This document shows, piece after piece, positions 16,853 to 25,848 of a stretch of DNA of 64,000 bases. Origin of the DNA: an uncultured Elusimicrobiaceae bacterium (GTDB lineage Bacteria > Elusimicrobiota > Elusimicrobia > Elusimicrobiales > UBA9959); the NCBI GenBank assembly GCA_964415175.1, contig CAYPYG010000007.1:10869-74868 (forward strand), given 5' to 3'. Position 1 is the stretch's first letter, and every line of letters begins with the position of its first letter. Made by a program: the position numbers and the translations under genes. A model generated the notes under the pieces. That model made no database searches, had not been told where the DNA came from, and was given only the letters and a program-made list of their open reading frames with translations.

Positions 16853-17821
16853 TTATATCGGTATATAGTAATAGACCTGCGCGACGGCGCGCCGGTCCAT
16901 GGCCGTCTCGTCGTACTCGAACATGGCGCGCAGCGTCAGGTAAGGAGTGGCGGCGCAGGAGGCGCCGGCCGCCAGCGCCCAGCCCTCCATTCCTTCCATC
17001 CCCTCGTAAACCGCCTGGCCCTCCAGTTTCAGCCGGCTCTCCTCCAGGAGGTTGAGCCCCAGCCGCGCCAGGCCGGCGGCGTAATCCATACCGGACTTTT
17101 TACCCGCGCGCAGGTCGGCGCGCAGTTCCCAGCGGTCCCAGAGCAGGGCGTAGTCGGCGCCGAAGGCGGAATAGCTCTTCTCGGCGCCGTTCATAAGCTC
17201 GTAGCCCATCACGGACGGGGTCTCGCCCAGGGAAGCGTAGAGCCCGAGCGTCCCGTTGTCGCGGTTAAGGACGCCCAGCCCGGTGCGGGCCGAGGCCAGC
17301 CAGCCGCCGGCGCCGCGCAGGCGCATGCCCGAGCCGGTGGTCAGCGAGACGGCGGCGTCGCCCCAGTCGTAGTCGCGCGAGCCGCCCAGGCCCCAGTCCC
17401 GGTCGAAACCGTAGCCGTACATGGGCAGCGTCTGCATCAGCGCGTTGTGCGTGTCGAAGTAGGATTCCAGCCCCGCCGCCGTCCTGTTATGCCCCGCCCA
17501 GGCGTAGCCGCCCCAGGGCGCGCGCGCGCGGTAATAAGCGTTATAGACCTGGGGGCGGGTGCGCTCCGGCGCGTCGGGATCGTGCGCCAGCCGCGCCTGC
17601 AGGGCCAGCGTCGAGCCGCCGCCGGGGCGGTGAACCAGGTCGAAACCGGCGGAGGTTCTCTGCATCGGCTCCATGGCGTGCATGGAATGCCAGATCTCCG
17701 ACCTTTCGGCCGAGGAATACCCTCCGACACCCTGCAGCTCCAGGAAAAGGAGCGAGCTGCCGGCCGCGGCCGGCAGGGGGGAGAACAGCAGGCTAGATAG
17801 TAAGAAGCTTGCGGCCTTCAT
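16853..17821 (-). CDS. predicted outer-membrane beta-barrel protein
   Basis: 322 aa with a signal peptide. Gly/Tyr/Ala-rich alternating amphipathic segments throughout. No family recognised. Confidence 0.45.
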   Translation of the reverse strand: MKAASFLLSSLLFSPLPAAAGSSLLFLELQGVGGYSSAERSEIWHSMHAMEPMQRTSAGFDLVHRPGGGSTLALQARLAHDPDAPERTRPQVYNAYYRARAPWGGYAWAGHNRTAAGLESYFDTHNALMQTLPMYGYGFDRDWGLGGSRDYDWGDAAVSLTTGSGMRLRGAGGWLASARTGLGVLNRDNGTLGLYASLGETPSVMGYELMNGAEKSYSAFGADYALLWDRWELRADLRAGKKSGMDYAAGLARLGLNLLEESRLKLEGQAVYEGMEGMEGWALAAGASCAATPYLTLRAMFEYDETAMDRRAVAQVYYYIPI

Positions 17822-18230
17822 AGAGCGGCTTCCCTTCGCGAGATACGCGCACGACTATCTCCCACTCGCCGGCCATGCTGAACTCCACCGGGAAGAGGTA
17901 ATGCCCTTTCTTGTTGAGGATGAAAGGCTTGGGCCCGGAATCGTGATAACGCATCGAGGGCATGCCGTATTCCCCCTGCAGGGTATAGCCGGTATCGGGC
18001 TTGCCGTCCGGGCCGAAGGCCTGCAGGTTCACGATGATGACGCCCAGCTTGGGCTTCTCGCTGAACTTCCAGGAGAAGCGTCCTCCGTCGGAGAGGGGGA
18101 TATCGGCCCCCTCTCGAAGTTCCTGGGCCCCCGCCGTAACGCCCGCCTTTCCGGAGGCTCCCGCTTCCGGCCCTTTGGAACAAGCCGAGAACGAAACTAA
18201 AAACACCGCGGCCGTCAGTATCGCTTTCAT
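17793..18230 (-). CDS. YtkA/FixH-like lipoprotein (Ig-like periplasmic domain)
   Basis: Start taken at MKAILTAAVFLVSFSAC (lipobox). The GEWEIVVRVSREGKPLYEG tail is typical of YtkA-like domains. ATGA overlap with the fur stop. Confidence 0.5.
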   Translation of the reverse strand: MKAILTAAVFLVSFSACSKGPEAGASGKAGVTAGAQELREGADIPLSDGGRFSWKFSEKPKLGVIIVNLQAFGPDGKPDTGYTLQGEYGMPSMRYHDSGPKPFILNKKGHYLFPVEFSMAGEWEIVVRVSREGKPLYEGRKLLTI

Positions 18231-18673
18231 AAGGTTCCTTCCTTCAGGCACCTCTTACAGGTACCATATATCTCCACCTTGCTTCCAGCGGGGGAAAAAC
18301 CCGTTCCGGCCGACAGGCGGCGGAATATTTTTTCCGGACCCCGCAGGGGGACCTCCGTTACCGAACCGCATTCCCGGCAGACCAGGTGGGCGTGCTCCGT
18401 CCTCGCCCCGGCCAGCTCATAGACCGAAGGCTTCTTCCCTCTCTTGAACTCTACTACCTTGCCGCAGCCGCAAAGGCACTTGAGAGAGCGGTATACCGTC
18501 GCTATGCCGATACCGGGCAGGGAGCGCTCGGCGAGGCGCCGTATCTCCTCCGCGGTACGGTGCCCGGAGACCGACGCCACCGCCTTGAGCACCGCTTCTC
18601 TGCGGCGGCTGCGCCGGGGCTCCGGTTTCGGGCAATCGCAGATCCCTCCGCAGGGGCATCTTTCAGGTTTCAT
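18227..18673 (-). CDS. Fur-family metalloregulator with an N-terminal Cys-rich extension
   Basis: 148 aa. Winged-helix part RREAVLKAV..HRTAEEIRRL..IATVYRSL, and structural CxxC pairs CRECG and CKRC. An extra N-terminus, MKPERCPCGGICDCP, is present. Confidence 0.85.
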   Translation of the reverse strand: MKPERCPCGGICDCPKPEPRRSRRREAVLKAVASVSGHRTAEEIRRLAERSLPGIGIATVYRSLKCLCGCGKVVEFKRGKKPSVYELAGARTEHAHLVCRECGSVTEVPLRGPEKIFRRLSAGTGFSPAGSKVEIYGTCKRCLKEGTL

Positions 18674-18677
18674 ATTT

Positions 18678-18696
18678 GATAATGATTATCATTATT
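18678..18696 (-). promoter_or_regulatory. Fur box
   Basis: The minus-strand 19-mer AATAATGATAATCATTATC matches the classical consensus GATAATGATAATCATTATC (from memory) at 18/19 positions. It overlaps the -10 of the fur promoter. Confidence 0.75.
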
Positions 18697-18719
18697 CCAC
18701 ATACAGTGCGGTCTGTCAA
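18691..18719 (-). promoter_or_regulatory. sigma70-like promoter of the fur operon (TTGACA-17 nt-AATAAT)
   Basis: On the minus strand, TTGACA (18719-18714), a 17-nt spacer, then AATAAT (18696-18691). ATG 18673 lies 17 nt past the -10, with no SD. Confidence 0.6.
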
Positions 18720-18835
18720 CCGGCGTGAGGCGGGGAAGTTCCGGGCGGCATATATTCTTTTTAAAAATTTATATAATAATCGTGCGGCCGCGGCCGCATC
18801 GATCATTTGACCAGGGAAACAAAGGGAGAACACAA

Positions 18836-19420
18836 ATGAAGAAAGATCTGCTCGCCGGTGTGATATTTTTCGCGGTGACGATGGCCGCCTACGCCCATTG
18901 CGGCAAATGCCCGGGCGACAAGAAAGCGGAAGGCGTCAAGGACGGCCCCAAGGTGGAGTGCCCCATGGCCGAACAGGCCGCCGGGGGCGCCAAACACGAC
19001 TGCCCGATGAACGCGAAGGGCGCGGACGAGAAAAAGCACGATTGCCCCGGGATGAAGGGCGAAAAAGGCCACGACTGCGGCAAGCACAAGGACGGCAAGT
19101 CCGCCGCCTGCCCCAAGCAGATGGAAGGCGTCGAGAAGACCGTCAAGAACACCAAGGACGGCGTCGAGCTGACGCTGGCCGCCAAGGGCGAGGAAGCCAT
19201 AGCCAAGCTCCAGGAACTGACCGCCGTCCATTACGCCGGCGGGAACTGCTCCTGCCTGCCCAAGGACGCGACGGCCAAATACGAGAACACCGCGGCCGGC
19301 GTTAAGATATACCTGGCCTCGAAGAACCCCGCGACCGTGAAAACCATGCAGGCCCAGTACGCGTCCGGCGGCCACAAGTGCGGCGCGGAGCACGCCGGGG
19401 AAGAGAAGGCGAAAAAATGA
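18836..19420 (+). CDS. secreted Cys/His/Met-rich protein with HDC repeats (putative periplasmic metal-binding protein)
   Basis: ATG 18836 is preceded by AAAGGGAGA. Signal peptide MKKDLLAGVIFFAVTMAAYA. The mature part has HCGKC, KHDCPM, KHDCPGM, GHDCGKH, GNCSC and GGHKCGAEH (10 Cys, about 8 His). Confidence 0.7.
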   Translation: MKKDLLAGVIFFAVTMAAYAHCGKCPGDKKAEGVKDGPKVECPMAEQAAGGAKHDCPMNAKGADEKKHDCPGMKGEKGHDCGKHKDGKSAACPKQMEGVEKTVKNTKDGVELTLAAKGEEAIAKLQELTAVHYAGGNCSCLPKDATAKYENTAAGVKIYLASKNPATVKTMQAQYASGGHKCGAEHAGEEKAKK

Positions 19421-20094
19421 CCCTGCACAAGGCGCTCGAGAAAGTAACCTTCCTCAAAGGGCTGGGCAAAGCCGACCTTAACCATATCGTGAAGATCGCC
19501 TCCGTTCGCCACTACAAGGCGGGGGACATGGTCTTCAACAAGGAAGAGGTGGGGAAGAACTTTTTCATCGTCAACGCCGGGAAGATAAAGATCTTCACCT
19601 CGCTCGGCGGCGGCAAGCGCAAGACCTTCGCCTTCCTGGGCAAAGGGGACTTTTTCGGCGAGATGTCGCTGCTCGGCGGCAAGATACGCTCCGCCTCGGC
19701 CCAGGCCGCGGAGGACACCGAACTGCTGGTCATCTCCAAGCTGAACTTCGGCAGACTGGTGATGCGCCACGCCGATTTCAGCATGAAGATCATCCGCACC
19801 CTGGTGGAACGCCTGAACAAGGCCGACAAGGAGATCGAGTCCATGCTGTTCCACAATATACTGGGACGGCTGGCCTCGGCCATACTCGACCTCGAGGCGA
19901 AGTCGAAGACCGGTCCGCTCACCGTGGAGATAGGCCAGGGCGAACTGGCCGAGTACCTGGGCACCACGCGCGTCCCCGTCTGCCGGGCGGTCAACTCGCT
20001 CAAGCGCAGCGGGATAATCGACTATAAGCGCGGACGCATACTCGTCAAGAGCAAGGCCAGGCTGCAGTCGATGGCCGCCAGGGCGCGCGGATGA
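19417..20094 (+). CDS. Crp/Fnr-family transcriptional regulator
   Basis: cNMP-binding domain (FFIVNAGKIKIF..GDFFGEMSLL) and a C-terminal HTH (ELAEYLGTTRVPVCRAVNSLKRSG). ATGA overlap with the upstream gene. Confidence 0.85.
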   Translation: MTLHKALEKVTFLKGLGKADLNHIVKIASVRHYKAGDMVFNKEEVGKNFFIVNAGKIKIFTSLGGGKRKTFAFLGKGDFFGEMSLLGGKIRSASAQAAEDTELLVISKLNFGRLVMRHADFSMKIIRTLVERLNKADKEIESMLFHNILGRLASAILDLEAKSKTGPLTVEIGQGELAEYLGTTRVPVCRAVNSLKRSGIIDYKRGRILVKSKARLQSMAARARG

Positions 20095-21341
20095 GCCGCA
20101 CGCTGCGCGGCTTCCGGGACATACTGCCGCCCGACTCCGAGCTCTTCGCCGCGATAGAGGCGGCGGCGCGGGAAGTTTTCCGCCTGCACGGCTACCGGGA
20201 GATACGCATCCCCACGCTGGAGACCCGGGAGCTCTTCGTAAAGTCCACCGGCGACACCACCGACATCGTCGAGAAGGAGATGTACGCCTTCACCGACGGC
20301 GGCGGGCGCGAAGTGGCGATGCGCCCGGAGGGCACGCCCGGCGTGGCGCGGGCCTATATCGACCAGAACCTCTCGCAGGGCGGCCGCAACGCGAAGCTTT
20401 TCTACATAGGCCCCATGTTCCGCGCCGAGCGGCCGCAGGCCGGCCGCTTCCGCGAGTTCACGCAGATAGGCGTGGAATGCATCGGCAACCCTTCGCCTTC
20501 GGCCGACGCGGAATCCATCTCGCTGCTGGTGAAGGTGCTGGAGAAGGCCGGCGCCCCGGGCTGCACCGTGGAACTCAACACCCTCGGCTGCGCGGAGTGC
20601 CGCAAAGCCTACCGCGCGCAGCTCCTCTCCTATCTCAAGCTCAACACCGAGGCGCTCTGCGAGGCCTGCCGGCGCCGCGTCGACCGCAACCCGCTGCGCG
20701 CGCTGGACTGCAAGGTGGACGGCCCCTGGCTGGCCGACAAGGCGCCGCACATAGAGCTCTGTCCCGGCTGCGTCGAGCACTTCGACCGGGTACAGGCCCT
20801 GCTCAAGGCCGCGGGCGTGGACTACAAGGTCGACCGGACGATGGTCCGCGGTCTGGACTACTACACCCGCACCGTTTTCGAGGTTAAGGCCGGGGCGCTG
20901 GGCGCCCAGGACGCGGTGGCCGGCGGCGGCCGCTACGACGACCTGATCAAATCGATGGGAGGCCCCGCCTCACCGTCGGTGGGCTGGGCCATGGGCCTGG
21001 ACCGCGCCGCGCTGGTCATAAAGGCGGCGGGGACCGCGCCCGAGGAAAAAGGTCCGGCGGCCTTCCTCATCGCGGCCGGCAAAGAAGCCGCCCTTGAAGC
21101 CTTCCGCCTGATGTCGGACCTGCGCGCGGTCGGCATAGCCGCCGATTACTCCAATTTCGACCTCAGCCTCAAGTCCCAGATGCGCTCCGCCGACAGGAGC
21201 GGGGCCGATTACGCCGTCATCATAGGAGAGGACGAACTCAAGTCCGGGACCTGCTCCCTGAAACCTCTCAAAGGCCGGGCGGGACAGGAGAGCGTCCCCT
21301 TAGCGGACCTTCCCTCGCGGCTGACCGTCAGACCCGTCTGA
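20091..21341 (+). CDS. hisS: histidine--tRNA ligase
   Basis: 416 aa with [35 protein letters not shown] and GGGRYDDL class II motifs. Confidence 0.95.
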   Translation: MSRTLRGFRDILPPDSELFAAIEAAAREVFRLHGYREIRIPTLETRELFVKSTGDTTDIVEKEMYAFTDGGGREVAMRPEGTPGVARAYIDQNLSQGGRNAKLFYIGPMFRAERPQAGRFREFTQIGVECIGNPSPSADAESISLLVKVLEKAGAPGCTVELNTLGCAECRKAYRAQLLSYLKLNTEALCEACRRRVDRNPLRALDCKVDGPWLADKAPHIELCPGCVEHFDRVQALLKAAGVDYKVDRTMVRGLDYYTRTVFEVKAGALGAQDAVAGGGRYDDLIKSMGGPASPSVGWAMGLDRAALVIKAAGTAPEEKGPAAFLIAAGKEAALEAFRLMSDLRAVGIAADYSNFDLSLKSQMRSADRSGADYAVIIGEDELKSGTCSLKPLKGRAGQESVPLADLPSRLTVRPV

Positions 21342-21372
21342 GACCGGCGCAGCGCCGCTCCCCAGGAAAAAT

Positions 21373-23154
21373 ATGACCAGCGCACCCGACAACAACAAGA
21401 CCGAATTCCGCACTCACGACTGCGGCGCCCTGCGCGGCGCCGACGCCGGCAGGACCGCTACCCTTTGCGGCTGGATGGACTCCAAGCGCAACCACGGCGG
21501 CGTACTTTTCATAAGCCTGCGCGACCTCTACGGCGTGACCCAGGTCGTAGCCAATCCCGGCACCGCGGCCTTCCAGGCGGCCGAGGAGTCCAAGGCGGAG
21601 TATGTCCTGCGCGTGACCGGCAAAGTTACGCCGCGCCCGCAGGGCATGGTCAATCCGAAAATGCCGACGGGCGAGATAGAGCTCGTCGCCGAGAAGATAG
21701 AGACGCTCAACGTTTCCCAGCCGCTGCCTTTCGACCTCGGCGAGCACGCCGGGGTGCTGGAGGACACGCGCCTCAAGTACCGCTACCTCGACCTGCGCCG
21801 GCCGAAGGTCGCCAGGAACCTCGTCCTGCGCAGCAAGGTGGCCGGCCTGGTCCGCGCCAACCTCCTCGCGAAAGGGTTCAACGAGATAGAGACCCCGATG
21901 CTGACCCGGTCCACGCCCGAGGGCGCCCGCGATTACGTGGTCCCGTCCCGCATGAGCCCCGGCCATTTCTACGCGCTGCCGCAGTCGCCGCAGGTGTTCA
22001 AGCAGCTGCTGATGGTCGCCGGCATGGACCGGTACTTCCAGCTCGCCCGCGCGCTGCGCGACGAGGACCTGCGCGCCGACCGCCAGCCGGAGCATACCCA
22101 GATAGACGTGGAGATGTCCTTCGTGACCGAGCGCGACGTGGCCGCCGTAGTGGAGGACATGCTGCGCTCCGTCTTCGAAGGCGTGGGTGAGAGAATAGAG
22201 ACCCCTTTCATGGAAATGGAGTTCGCCGACGCGATGCTGCGCTACGGCTCGGACAAGCCGGACCTGCGCTACGCGCTCGAAATACGGGACTGCTCGCATC
22301 TCTTTAAGGCCTCCGGCTTCAAGGTCTTCGCCGAAGCGCTGGCCTCCGGCGGCGTCGTGCGCGGCATAAAGGGCGAAGGCGGCGCGGCCGCCTATTCCCG
22401 CGGCGAGATAGACAAGCTCACCGAGACCGTGAAAAAAGCCGGGGCGAAGGGCCTGCTCTGGTTCAAGCTCAAGGACGGCAAGATGGAGTCGCCTGCCCTC
22501 AAGTTCCTTTCCGAGGCCGAGACTTCGTCGGTGAAGGACTTCTTCGCGATGAAGGAGGGGGACATCGTCTTCATGGTGACCGGCCCCGCGGCCCAGGCCG
22601 CGCCGCAGCTGGGCATGGTGCGCGGCGAGCTCATAAAGAAGCTCAAGCCCGCGCAGACGAAGAAATGGGCCTTCCTCTGGGTGCGCCATTTCCCGCTGCT
22701 GGAGAAGGACGCCGAGACCGGCCACTGGACCTTTACCCATAATCCGTTCACCGCGCCGCTGCCGGAAGAGCTCCCGATGCTCGACACCGACCCCGGCGGC
22801 ATGCGCTCCTGCCAGTACGACCTGGTGCTCAACGGCGTGGAACTGGGCTCCGGCTCCGTGCGCAACCACAGCCGGGCCGTGCAGGAGAAGATCTTCGGCC
22901 TGATGGGCTATTCCAAGGACGAGGTTCAGCGCCGCTTCGGCATGATAGTCAACGCCCTGGACTTCGGCGCGCCGCCGCACGGCGGCATCGGCATCGGCTT
23001 CGACCGGCTCATCGGCATACTCTGCGGCACGGATTCGATACGCGACGTGATCGCCTTCCCCAAGACGACCAGCGGCTCGTGCCTGATGAGCGACGCGCCC
23101 TCGACGATAGACGAGCGGCAGCTTAAAGAGCTGCACCTCAAGATAACGGAATAA
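21373..23154 (+). CDS. aspS: aspartate--tRNA ligase (bacterial type)
   Basis: 593 aa with an OB-fold N-terminus, [25 protein letters not shown], a GAD insertion, and [20 protein letters not shown]. Confidence 0.95.
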   Translation: MTSAPDNNKTEFRTHDCGALRGADAGRTATLCGWMDSKRNHGGVLFISLRDLYGVTQVVANPGTAAFQAAEESKAEYVLRVTGKVTPRPQGMVNPKMPTGEIELVAEKIETLNVSQPLPFDLGEHAGVLEDTRLKYRYLDLRRPKVARNLVLRSKVAGLVRANLLAKGFNEIETPMLTRSTPEGARDYVVPSRMSPGHFYALPQSPQVFKQLLMVAGMDRYFQLARALRDEDLRADRQPEHTQIDVEMSFVTERDVAAVVEDMLRSVFEGVGERIETPFMEMEFADAMLRYGSDKPDLRYALEIRDCSHLFKASGFKVFAEALASGGVVRGIKGEGGAAAYSRGEIDKLTETVKKAGAKGLLWFKLKDGKMESPALKFLSEAETSSVKDFFAMKEGDIVFMVTGPAAQAAPQLGMVRGELIKKLKPAQTKKWAFLWVRHFPLLEKDAETGHWTFTHNPFTAPLPEELPMLDTDPGGMRSCQYDLVLNGVELGSGSVRNHSRAVQEKIFGLMGYSKDEVQRRFGMIVNALDFGAPPHGGIGIGFDRLIGILCGTDSIRDVIAFPKTTSGSCLMSDAPSTIDERQLKELHLKITE

Positions 23155-23155
23155 G

Positions 23156-24031
23156 ATGGGCGTCTATCCCGACTGGATCGTCGCGGAAGTCCGGAAGAAC
23201 AAGGCCGGGCTCCGCGGCGCGCCGGCCCGCGACACCGCCGGCGACCTGGCCGGCGCGCGGCTCCACACCGTCTGCGACGAGGCGCTGTGCCCCAACAAAG
23301 GGAAGTGTTTCGCCGAGGGCGAGGCCACCTTCCTGATACTGGGCGATATCTGCACGCGCGCCTGCTCTTTCTGCGCGGTCTCCAAGAAAAAACCGCTGCC
23401 GCCGGACCCCGGCGAGCCGGCCCGGGTGGGGGGACTCTCCCGCCGCTGGGGCCTCAAATACGTGGTCTTCACTTCCCCTACGCGCGACGATCTGCCCGAC
23501 GGAGGGGCCTCTCATTTCGCGGCCACCCTCCGCGCCCTGCGGCAGTCCTGCCCCGGGATAAAGACCGAGCCGCTGATCCCGGACTTCGGCGGCGACGGGG
23601 CGGCGCTGCGCGCCGTCATGGACGCGGAGCCCGACGTGCTGGGCCACAACCTGGAGACCGTGCCTTCGCTCTACGCTGTGCGAAAAGGCGCGGATCACCG
23701 CCGTTCGCTGAAAGTCCTGGAGAACGCGAAAAAATACAGGCCGGCCTCGCTGATCAAGACGGGCTTCATGCTGGGGCTGGGAGAGACGGAGGCGGAGCTG
23801 GAGACGGCTCTCAGGGACGCGGTCTCCGCCGGCTGCGACCTGGTGACGCTGGGCCAGTACCTGGCCCCGTCGAAGGGACATTTCGAGGTCAAGCGGTACT
23901 ACACGCCCAAAGAGTTCGAGGCCTGGGAACACCGGGCCCTGGAGCTCGGCTTCAAGGCCGCCCTGGCCGGTCCGCTGGTGCGCAGTTCCTTCCGCGCCGG
24001 CCGCCTCTACTCCCAGGCCCTCACGAAATAG
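23156..24031 (+). CDS. lipA: lipoyl synthase
   Basis: 291 aa. The CPNKGKC auxiliary cluster motif and the radical SAM motif CTRACSFCAV. Confidence 0.93.
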   Translation: MGVYPDWIVAEVRKNKAGLRGAPARDTAGDLAGARLHTVCDEALCPNKGKCFAEGEATFLILGDICTRACSFCAVSKKKPLPPDPGEPARVGGLSRRWGLKYVVFTSPTRDDLPDGGASHFAATLRALRQSCPGIKTEPLIPDFGGDGAALRAVMDAEPDVLGHNLETVPSLYAVRKGADHRRSLKVLENAKKYRPASLIKTGFMLGLGETEAELETALRDAVSAGCDLVTLGQYLAPSKGHFEVKRYYTPKEFEAWEHRALELGFKAALAGPLVRSSFRAGRLYSQALTK

Positions 24032-24084
24032 ACTTCCCGGAAGCCGACCTTTCCAGAACTCCATGAGGGAACAACCGGGGATGG

Positions 24085-24250
24085 CGGGGCATCACTTAAG
24101 CAAAGCCGTCCGAAGGCCCGAGCTTACGGAGTATGCGCCGCAGCTTACGGTGCTTTGCTTCTCGCGGAGGCGGAGGCGCATACGAGCGCGAGGGCCGAGG
24201 TCGGAGCGCGAGTACGGTGTACGAGCGCGTCTTTGCGGAGTGATGCCCCG
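24085..24250. repeat. ~166-nt nested imperfect inverted repeat (candidate structured RNA or MITE-like element)
   Basis: The 12-bp perfect arms CGGGGCATCACT (24085-24096) and AGTGATGCCCCG (24239-24250) are extended by GCAAAG/CTTTGC. Internal complementary pairs and short direct repeats are present. The element lies between convergent gene ends. Confidence 0.4.
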
Positions 24251-24272
24251 GCAGCACCGGAATGATCGCTCC

Positions 24273-25013
24273 TTATTTCTCGATGAGGGGGAAGTAGAAG
24301 TCGCGGATGCGGGCCTTGGCGGTCTCGGGCATGCCCTCGAAATAGGTCATGTAATAGCCGCGCGGACCCTCACCCGGCTGGAACTTCCTGGTGTCCAGCG
24401 GGCGTGAATGTATGGCGGCGCTGAGCCGCTCGCCGTCGAAGACGAGTATCATCCTGGGCCCCGGCGCCGGCCTCCCCATCCAGTGGTCCTTGAGCATCCA
24501 GCTGCGCAGCGGCCCCCGGCCCGCCCAGGCCTCGTAAGGGAACTCCTCGAAATGGCGCCGGAAATCCCCCTGCGTGAGCCCGCGCCGCGCGCCTTCGGCC
24601 AGTTTCGACAGCGCGTACTCGACCCGGGAATCCCGGCGGATCTCGCCCTCCTTCAGGAAGCCCGTGAAACTCATCCTGGCCCGGCCGCTCCTCTCTTCTA
24701 TCAGCCAGGCCCTGATATCGGATAACACCTCGCCGATCTTCGCCCCGGCTTCGTCATAGAGGGGGCTCTTCGCGCGTATCATCCCGGTGAAAGAATTGTA
24801 ATCGCCTTTGTCTATCAGCGAGATCAGTCCGGCGAGGTGCCAGCCGCCGGAAGCCGGGGCGCACTCGACGAAGGTCTTCTTCCCGATCCTGACGATGACC
24901 TTGCCGCCGGGCTCGTCGCGGAGCTTCACCCCGCCGGAAGTCATCTCGGCCGCCGCGGGCGCGGCGGCGGAAAGCAGCGTCGCGGAAACGAGGACGATCG
25001 TCATTGTTCTCAT
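24273..25013 (-). CDS. secreted hypothetical protein (N-terminal SH3b-like segment)
   Basis: 246 aa. Signal peptide MRTMTIVLVSATLLSAAAPAAA. GVKLRDEPGGKVIVRIGKKTFVE resembles bacterial SH3. The rest is unassigned. Confidence 0.55.
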   Translation of the reverse strand: MRTMTIVLVSATLLSAAAPAAAEMTSGGVKLRDEPGGKVIVRIGKKTFVECAPASGGWHLAGLISLIDKGDYNSFTGMIRAKSPLYDEAGAKIGEVLSDIRAWLIEERSGRARMSFTGFLKEGEIRRDSRVEYALSKLAEGARRGLTQGDFRRHFEEFPYEAWAGRGPLRSWMLKDHWMGRPAPGPRMILVFDGERLSAAIHSRPLDTRKFQPGEGPRGYYMTYFEGMPETAKARIRDFYFPLIEK

Positions 25014-25080
25014 GCCTCCATTCTATTTATTCCTGCGCCTGCTGTCACGGCCGTTCCGTATTTATTAGAATCTATCCCGC

Positions 25081-25848
25081 ATGGAAAGGAACGGAAACCT
25101 CCCGGCGGAGCGCGGCCGCGGCAACAGCGGGCTGGCCTGGCTGGCCGACGGCTGGGACTTCTACACGGTAATGCTGCCGCGGTTGCTGCCGGCCATACTG
25201 GCCGTGCCACTGCTCTCCGTACCGGTCTATTTCCTAGCCGACAGGTACGGCAGCGTCTGGCCGGGTTACGCGTGGATGACGGCGGTCATCATCCCCCTGG
25301 AGGCCGGCGTCACCCTTTTCTACATAAGGACCGCCAGGGGCCGGGGGTCGCTGCGCGACCTCTTCTACGGCTTCTCCATCTATTTCAGGGCCGTCGCCCT
25401 GACCCTCATATTCTCGATTATGCTGCTGGGCGGCTTCATGCTCCTGATAGTGCCCGGCATACTGATCATGCTCGCCTACTCTTTCGGCGAATACGCGCTG
25501 GTGGACGAGGACCTGCCGGTCAGGGACTGTTTCCTGCGCAGCGCCGAGATAACGCAGGGACACCGGACGGACCTCTTCCCCGTGCTCGGGCTGATGGTGC
25601 TCATAGAGGTGTTCGTCCCGTCCATGATAGACATCGGCTCCGTCAAGGCCCCGTCGGTGACGCTCAAGACCGGTTTCTGGGACGTGGCGGGGCACGCGCT
25701 CAAGAATTTCGTCTTCATCCCCTGGCTCAACTGCTCCGCGGCCATCGCCTATTGCAGGCTCAAGGACAGGGCGGACCGCCGCCTCCGGACGGCGCACGAC
25801 GGGACCGGGGACGAGCCCGCGGACCGGGAACCGCCGGCGGAAGAATGA
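25081..25848 (+). CDS. integral membrane protein (DUF975/YciC-like topology), function unknown
   Basis: 255 aa with about 5 hydrophobic spans. ATGA-coupled to the downstream radical SAM gene. Confidence 0.55.
   Translation: MERNGNLPAERGRGNSGLAWLADGWDFYTVMLPRLLPAILAVPLLSVPVYFLADRYGSVWPGYAWMTAVIIPLEAGVTLFYIRTARGRGSLRDLFYGFSIYFRAVALTLIFSIMLLGGFMLLIVPGILIMLAYSFGEYALVDEDLPVRDCFLRSAEITQGHRTDLFPVLGLMVLIEVFVPSMIDIGSVKAPSVTLKTGFWDVAGHALKNFVFIPWLNCSAAIAYCRLKDRADRRLRTAHDGTGDEPADREPPAEE

Noticed and set aside
18786-18799. GCGGCCGCGGCCGC palindrome (tandem NotI-like sites) in the metal-protein 5' region
   Set aside because: It is a short GC palindrome that can arise by chance in this composition, and no partner site or conserved context was seen. 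It might be a small hairpin in the 5' UTR, but the evidence is insufficient.
24121-24229. Short direct repeats (AGCTTACGG x2, TACGAGCGCG x2) as a possible mini-CRISPR
   Set aside because: The repeats are only 9-10 nt with irregular spacing, there are only two copies of each, and no cas genes are present. This is not a CRISPR array.
24063-24407. 114-aa plus-strand ORF spanning the lipA-downstream gap
   Set aside because: It is Arg-rich and nonsense-like, runs into the antisense of the 24273-25013 gene and has no SD. The underlying DNA is better explained by the inverted-repeat element.
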